DNA of 16,000 bases from Eledone cirrhosa (lineage: Eukaryota), in contig CAXHJY010000037.1 of the NCBI GenBank assembly GCA_964016885.1, positions 1 to 16,000 of the forward strand, given 5' to 3'. The position numbers and the translations under genes were made by a program. Position 1 is the first letter of the stretch. The number at the start of each line of letters is the position of its first letter. Positions 10,237 to 16,000 of this stretch are shown in pieces. The notes under the pieces were generated by a model that saw nothing but the letters and a program-made list of their open reading frames with translations, ran no database searches and had not been told where the DNA came from.

Positions 10237-11400
10237 GGCATTGTTGTTGTTGTTGGTGGTGGTGTTGGCATTGTTGTTGTGGTGGTGGTGGTGTTGGCAT
10301 TGTTGTTGTTGGTGGTGGTGTTGTTGGCATTGTTGTTGTTGGTGGTGGTGGTGTTGGCATTGTTGTTGGTGGTGGTGGTGGTGTTGGCATTGTTGTTGTG
10401 GTGGTGGTGGTGTTGGCATTGTTGTTGTTGGTGGTGGTGGTGTTGGCATTGTTGTTGTTGTTGGTGGTGGTGTTGGCATTGTTGTTGGTGGTGGTGGTGG
10501 TGTTGGCATTGTTGTTGTTGGTGGTGGTGTTGTTGGCATTGTTGTTGTTGGTGGTGGTGGTGTTGGCATTGTTGTTGTTGTGGTGGTGGTGTTGGCATTG
10601 TTGTTGGTGGTGGTGGTGGTGTTGGCATTGTTGTTGTTGGTGGTGGTGTTGTTGGCATTGTTGTTGTTGGTGGTGGTGGTGTTGGCATTGTTGTTGGTGG
10701 TGGTGGTGGTGTTGGCATTGTTGTTGTTGGTGGTGGTGGTGTTGGCATTGTTGTTGTGGTGGTGGTGGTGTTGGCATTGTTGTTGGTGGTGTGGTGGTGT
10801 TGGCATTGTTGTTGTTGGTGGTGGTGGTGTTGGCATTGTTGTTGTTGGTGGTGGTGGTGTTGGCATTGTTGTTGTTGGTGTGGTGGTGTTGCATTGTTGT
10901 TGTTGGTGGTGGTGGTGTTGGCATTGTTGTTGGTGGTGGTGGTGGTGTTGGCATTGTTGTTGTTGTTGGTGGTGGTGTTGGCATTGTTGTTGGTGGTGGT
11001 GGTGGTGTTGGCATTGTTGTTGTTGGTGGTGGTGTTGTTGGCATTGTTGTTGTTGGTGGTGGTGGTGTTGGCATTGTTGTTGTTGTGGTGGTGGTGTTGG
11101 CATTGTTGTTGGTGGTGGTGGTGGTGTTGGCATTGTTGTTGTTGGTGTGGTGGTGTTGGCATTGTTGTTGTTGGTGGTGGTGGTGTTGGCATTGTTGTTG
11201 TTGGTGGTGGTGGTGTTGGCATTGTTGTGTTGTTGGTGGTGGTGGTGTTGGCATTGTTGTTGTTGGTGGTGGTGGTGTTGGCATTGTTGTTGTTGTTGGT
11301 GGTGGTGTTGGCATTGTTGTTGGTGGTGGTGGTGGTGTTGGCATTGTTGTTGTTGGTGGTGGTGTTGTTGGCATTGTTGTTGTTGTGGTGGTGGTGTTGG
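10237..11400. repeat. Recurrent 4-unit (about 120 bp) motif D-B-E-A
   Basis: D = CAT TGT4 TGG3 TGT TGG and E = CAT TGT3 TGG3 TGT2 TGG. The motif starts near 10237, 10445, 10565 and 10950, with a partial D-B-E at 11280. Some copies carry 1-bp deletions. Confidence 0.7.
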
Positions 11401-14400
11401 CATTGTTGTTGTTGGTGGTGGTGGTGTTGGCATTGTGTTGTTGTTGGTGGTGGTGGTGTTGGCATTGTTGTTGGTGGTGGTGGTGGTGTTGGCATTGTTG
11501 TTGTTGGTGGTGGTGGTGTTGGCATTGTTGTTGTTGGTGGTGTGGTGGTGTTGGCATTGTTGTTGTTGGTGGTGGTGGTGTTGCATTGTTGTTGTTGGTG
11601 GTGGTGGTGTTGGCATTGTTGTTGTTGGTGGTGGTGGTGTTGGCATTGTTGTTGTTGGTGGTGGTGGTGTTGGCATTGTTGTTGTTGGTGGTGGTGGTGT
11701 TGGCATTGTTGTTGTTGGTGGTGTGGTGTTGGCATTGTTGTTGTTGGTGGTGGTGGTGTTGGCATTGTTGTTGTTGTTGGTGGTGGTGTTGTTGGCATTG
11801 TTGTTGTTGGTGGTGGTGGTGTTGGCATTGTTGTTGTTGGTGGTGGTGGTGTTGGCATTGTTGTTGTTGGTGGTGGTGGTGTTGGCATTGTTGTTGTTGG
11901 TGGTGGTGGTGTTGGCATTGTTGTTGTTGGTGGTGGTGGTGTTGGCATTGTTGTTGGTGGTGGTGGTGGTGTTGGCATTGTTGTTGGTGGTGGTGGTGGT
12001 GTTGGCATTGTTGTTGTTGTTGGTGGTGGTGTTGTTGGCATTGTTGTTGTTGGTGGTGGTGGTGTTGGCATTGTTGTTGTTGGTGGTGGTGGTGTTGGCA
12101 TTGTTGTTGGTGGTGGTGGTGGTGTTGGCATTGTTGTTGTTGGTGGTGGTGGTGTTGCATTGTTGTTGTTGGTGGTGGTGGTGTTGGCATTGTTGTTGTT
12201 GGTGGTGGTGGTGTTGGCATTGTTGTTGTGGTGGTGGTGGTGTTGGCATTGTTGTTGTTGGTGGTGGTGGTGTTGGCATTGTTGTTGGTGGTGGTGTTGG
12301 CATTGTTGTTGTTGGTGGTGGTGGTGTTGGCATTGTTGTTGTTGGTGGTGGTGGTGTTGGCATTGTTGTTGTTGGTGGTGGTGGTGGTGTTGGCATTGTT
12401 GTTGTTGGTGGTGGTGGTGTTGGCATTGTTGTTGTTGGTGGTGGTGGTGTTGGCATTGTTGTTGTTGGTGGTGGTGGTGTTGGCATTGTTGTTGGTGGTG
12501 GTGGTGGTGTTGGCATTGTTGTTGGTGGTGGTGGTGGTGTTGGCATTGTTGTTGTTGTTGGTGGTGGTGTTGTTGGCATTGTTGTTGTTGGTGGTGGTGG
12601 TGTTGGCATTGTCGTTGTTGGTGGTGGTGGTGTTGGCATTGTTGTTGTTGGTGGTGGTGGTGTTGGCATTGTTGTTGGTGGTGGTGGTGGTGTTGGCATT
12701 GTTGTTGTTGGTGGTGGTGGTGTTGGCATTGTTGTTGTTGGTGGTGGTGGTGTTGGCATTGTTGTTGTTGTGGTTGGTGGTGGTTGGCATTGTTGTTGTT
12801 GGTGGTGGTGGTGTTGGCATTGTTGTTGTGGTGGTGGTGGTGTTGGCATTGTTGTTGTTGGTTGGTGGTGGGTGTTGGCATTGTTGTTGGTGGTGGTGGT
12901 GTGTTGGCATTGTTGTTGGTGGTGGTGGTGGTGTTGGCATTGTTGTTGTTGGTGGTGGTGGTGTTGGCATTGTTGTTGGTGGTGGTGGTGGTGTTGGCAT
13001 TGTTGTTGGTGGTGGTGGTGGTGTTGGCATTGTTGTTGTTGGTGGTGGTGGTGTTGGCAGTTGTTGTTGTTGGTGGTGGTGGTGTTGGCATTGTTGTTGT
13101 TGGTGGTGGTGGTGTGTTGGCATTGTTGTTGTTGGTGGTGGTGGTGTTGGCATTGTTGTTGTTGTTGGTGGTGGTGTTGGCATTGTTGTTGGTGGTGGTG
13201 GTGGTGTTGGCATTGTTGTTGTTGGTGGTGGTGGTGTTGGCATTGTTGTTGTTGGTGGTGGTGGTGTTGGCATTGTTGTTGTTGTGGTGGTGGTGTTGGC
13301 ATTGTTGTTGTTGGTGGTGGTGGTGTTGCATTGTTGTTGTTGGTGGTGGTGGTGTTGGCATTGTTGTGTGGTTGGTGGTGGTGGTGTTGGCATTGTTGTT
13401 GTTGGTGGTGGTGGTGTTGGCATTGTTGTTGTTGTTGGTGGTGGTGTTGGCATTGTTGTTGTTGGTGGTGGTGTTGTTGGCATTGTTGTTGTTGGTGGTG
13501 GTGGTGTTGGCATTGTTGTTGTTGTGGTGGTGGTGTTGGCATTGTTGTTGGTGGTGGTGGTGGTGTTGGCATTGTTGTTGTTGGTGGTGGTGTGTGTTGG
13601 CATTGTTGTTGTTGGTGGTGGTGGTGTTGGCATTGTTGTTGTTGTGGTGGTGGTGTTGGCATTGTTGTTGTTGGTGGTGGTGGTGTTGGCATTGTTGTTG
13701 TTGGTGGTGGTGGTGTTGGCATTGTTGTTGTTGTGGTGGTGGTGTTGGCATTGTTGTTGTTGGTGGTGGTGGTGGTGTTGGCATTGTTGTTGTTGGTGGT
13801 GGTGGTGTTGGCATTGTTGTTGTTGGTGGTGGTGGTGTTGGCATTGTTGTTGTTGGTGGTGTGGTGTTGGCATTGTTGTTGTTGTTGGTGGTGGTGTTGG
13901 CATTGTTGTTGTTGGTGGTGGTGGTTGTTGGCATTGTTGTTGTTGGTGGTGGTGGTGTTGGCATTGTTGTTGTTGGTGGTGGTGGTGTTGGCATTGTTGT
14001 TGGTGGTGGTGGTGGTGTTGGCATTGTTGTTGTTGGTGGTGGTGGTGTTGGCATTGTTGTTGTTGGTGGTGGTGGTGTTGGCATTGTTGTTGTTGGTGGT
14101 GGTGGTGTTGGCATTGTTGTTGTTGTGTGTGTGGTGTTGTTGGCATTTGTTGTTGGTGGTGGTGGTGAGGCATTGTTGTTGTTGTGGTGGTGGTGTTGGC
14201 ATTGTTGTTGTTGGTGGTGGTGGTGTTGCATTGTTGTTGTTGTTGGTGGTGGTGTTGTTGGCATTGTTGTTGTTGGTGGTGTGGTGTTGGCATTGTTGTT
14301 GTTGGTGGTGGTGGTGTTGGCATTGTTGTTGTTGGTGGTGGTGGTGTTGGCATTGTTGTTGTTGGTGGTGGTGGTGTTGGCATTGTTGTTGGTGTGGTGG

Positions 14401-16000
14401 TGGTGTTGGCATTGTTGTTGTTGGTGGTGGTGGTGTTGGCATTGTTGTTGTTGTTGGTGGTGGTGTGTTGGCATTGTTGTTGTTGGTGGTGGTGGTGTTG
14501 GCATTGTTGTTGTTGGTGGTGGTGGTGTTGGCATTGTTGTTGGTGGTGGTGGTGGTGTTGGCATTGTTGTTGGTGGTGGTGGTGGTGTTGCATTGTTGTT
14601 GTTGGTGGTGGTGGTGTTGGCATTGTTGTTGTTGGTGGTGGTGGTGTTGGCATTGTTGTTGGTGGTGGTGTGGTGTTGGCATTGTTGTTGTTGGTGGTGG
14701 TGGTGTGGCATTGTTGTTGTTGGTGGTGGTGGTGTTGGCATTGTTGTTGTTGTGGTGGTGGTGTTGTTGGCATTGTTGTTGTTGGTGGTGGTGGTGTTGG
14801 CATTGTTGTTGGTGTGGTGGTGGTGTTGGCATTGTTGTTGTTGGTGGTGGTGTGTTGGCATTGTTGTTGTTGGTGGTGTGGTGTTGGCATTGTTGTTGTT
14901 GGTGGTGGTGGTGTTGGCATTGTTGTTGTTGGTGGTGTGGTGGTGTTGGCATTGTTGTTGTTGGTGGTGGTGGTGTTGGCATTGTTGTTGTTGGTGGTGG
15001 TGGTGTTGGCATTGTTGTTGTTGGTGGTGGTGGTTGTTGGCATTGTTGTTGTTGGTGGTGGTGGTGTTGGCATTGTTGTTGTTGTTGGTGGTGGTGTTGG
15101 CATTGTTGTTGTTGGTGGTGGTGGTGTTGGCATTGTTGTTGGTGGTGGTGGTGGTGTTGGCATTGTTTGTTGTTGGTGGTGGTGGTGTTGGCATTGTTGT
15201 TGTTGGTGGTGGTGGTGTTGGCATTGTTGTTGTTGGTGGTGGTGGTGTTGGCATTGTTGTTGTTGGTGGTGGTGGTGTTGGCATTGTTGTTGTTGGTGGT
15301 GGTGGTGTTGGCATTGTTGTTGTTGGTGGTGGTGGTGTTGGCATTGTTGTTGTTGGTGGTGGTGGTGTTGGCATTGTTGTTGTTGGTGGTGGTGGTGTTG
15401 GCATTGTTGTTGTTGGTGGTGGTGGTGTTGGCATTGTTGTTGGTTGGTGGTGGTGGTGTTGGCATTGTTGTTGTTGGTGGTGGTGGTGTTGGCATTGTTG
15501 TTGTTGGTGGTGTGGTGTTGGCATTGTTGTTGTTGGTGGTGGTGGTGTTGGCATTGTTGTTGTTGGTGGTGGTGTTGTTGGCATTGTTGTTGTTGGTGGT
15601 GGTGGTGTTGGCATTGTTGTTGTTGTGTGGTGGTGGTGTTGGCATTGTTGTTGTTGGTGGTGGTGGTGTTGGCATTGTTGTTGTTGGTGGTGGTGGTGTT
15701 GGCATTGTTGTTGGTGGTGGTGGTGGTGGTTGGCATTGTTGTTGTTGGTGGTGGTGGTGTTGGCATTGTTGTTGTTGGTGGTGGTGGTGTTGGCACTGTT
15801 GTTGTTGGTGGTGGTGGTGTTGGCATTGTTGTTGTTGGTGGTGGTGGTGTTGGCATTGTTGTTGTTGGTGGTGGTGTTGTTGGCATTGTTGTTGTGTTGT
15901 TGGTGGTGTGTTGGCATTGTTGTTGTTGGTGGTGGTGGTGTTGGCATTGTTGTTGGTGGTGGTGGTGGTGTTGGCATTTGTTGTTGTTGGTGGTGGTGGT

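Larger units (their letters stand above)
1..16000. repeat. 30-bp tandem repeat array (minisatellite/VNTR-like), consensus GGCATTGTTGTTGTTGGTGGTGGTGGTGTT, extending beyond both window edges
   Basis: Seen directly: the GGCAT anchor recurs about every 30 bp (5, 35, 65, 98, 128 ... to the end), separated only by TGT/TGG triplets. Main variants are A = CAT TGT3 TGG4 TGT TGG and B = CAT TGT2 TGG5 TGT TGG. Copy number of about 500-530 is estimated from length divided by period, not counted exactly. Confidence 0.99.
2536..16000 (-). other. Continuation of the same potential Pro/Thr repeat reading, interrupted by many 1-bp indels (sequencing error or non-coding decay)
   Basis: Same unit with no - strand stop codon, but frequent 29- or 31-bp units shift the reading among MPTPPPPTTT, ANTTTTNNNN and CQHHHHQQQQ. 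The first shift is in the 29-bp unit 2531-2559. Confidence 0.25.

Noticed and set aside
2250-14168. Supplied + strand ORF of 3972 aa
   Set aside because: It wanders among LALLLLVVVV, WHCCCWWWWC and GIVVVGGGGV at every 1-bp indel and ends at a one-off TGA (14166-14168). This is the signature of a stop-free repeat and not of a gene.
13051-14170. One-off anomalies GGCAGTTG (13060) and GTGAGGCAT (14168) as possible splice or regulatory signals
   Set aside because: They are single occurrences associated with 1-bp indels in the noisy zone with no supporting context, and are most simply errors or isolated mutations.
1-16000. CRISPR array (30-bp periodicity)
   Set aside because: The units are directly adjacent with no unique spacers, no palindromic repeat, no leader and no cas genes.
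1-16000. Alternative - strand readings ANTTTTNNNN (one N-X-T sequon per unit) and CQHHHHQQQQ
   Set aside because: They are equally stop-free but less typical of known giant repeat domains, and three of the five distinct rare substitutions are silent only in the Pro/Thr frame among the - strand frames. They are not formally excluded, since CAT>CAC is silent in the His/Gln frame.
1-16000. Chi-like octamers GGTGGTGG and GTTGGTGG in every unit
   Set aside because: The E. coli Chi sequence GCTGGTGG was not seen. Matches to the looser GNTGGTGG are an automatic result of (TGG)n, and nothing indicates a bacterial host.
1-16000. Purely artefactual sequence (polymerase slippage or rolling-circle concatemer of one short template)
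   Set aside because: Reproducible higher-order blocks, shared diagnostic substitutions and regional variant domains are not expected from copying a single short template. Base-level errors and the exact array length remain uncertain.

Overview
The whole 16-kb window lies inside one tandem repeat array that runs off both edges, with no unique flanking sequence. The consensus unit is 30 bp, GGCATTGTTGTTGTTGGTGGTGGTGGTGTT (CAT-TGT3-TGG4-TGT-TGG), present in roughly 500-530 copies. Each unit has 14 G, 14 T, 1 A and 1 C on the + strand. The two supplied + strand ORFs are artefacts of a repeat that cannot form stop codons. The - strand has no stop codon in any frame. Its most biologically plausible reading is a Pro/Thr-rich mucin- or extensin-like repeat, (MPTPPPPTTT)n, which stays in frame for 845 codons (1-2535). 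After that, many 1-bp indels resemble uncorrected long-read errors. The array is not homogeneous: it has nested higher-order duplications (120, 210, 330 and 483 bp), a 48-bp unit family and regional variant domains. I cannot decide between a giant mucin-type exon and a non-coding minisatellite or satellite from this window, and I cannot identify the organism or gene. I found no support for a multi-gene system, CRISPR array, RNA gene or mobile element.
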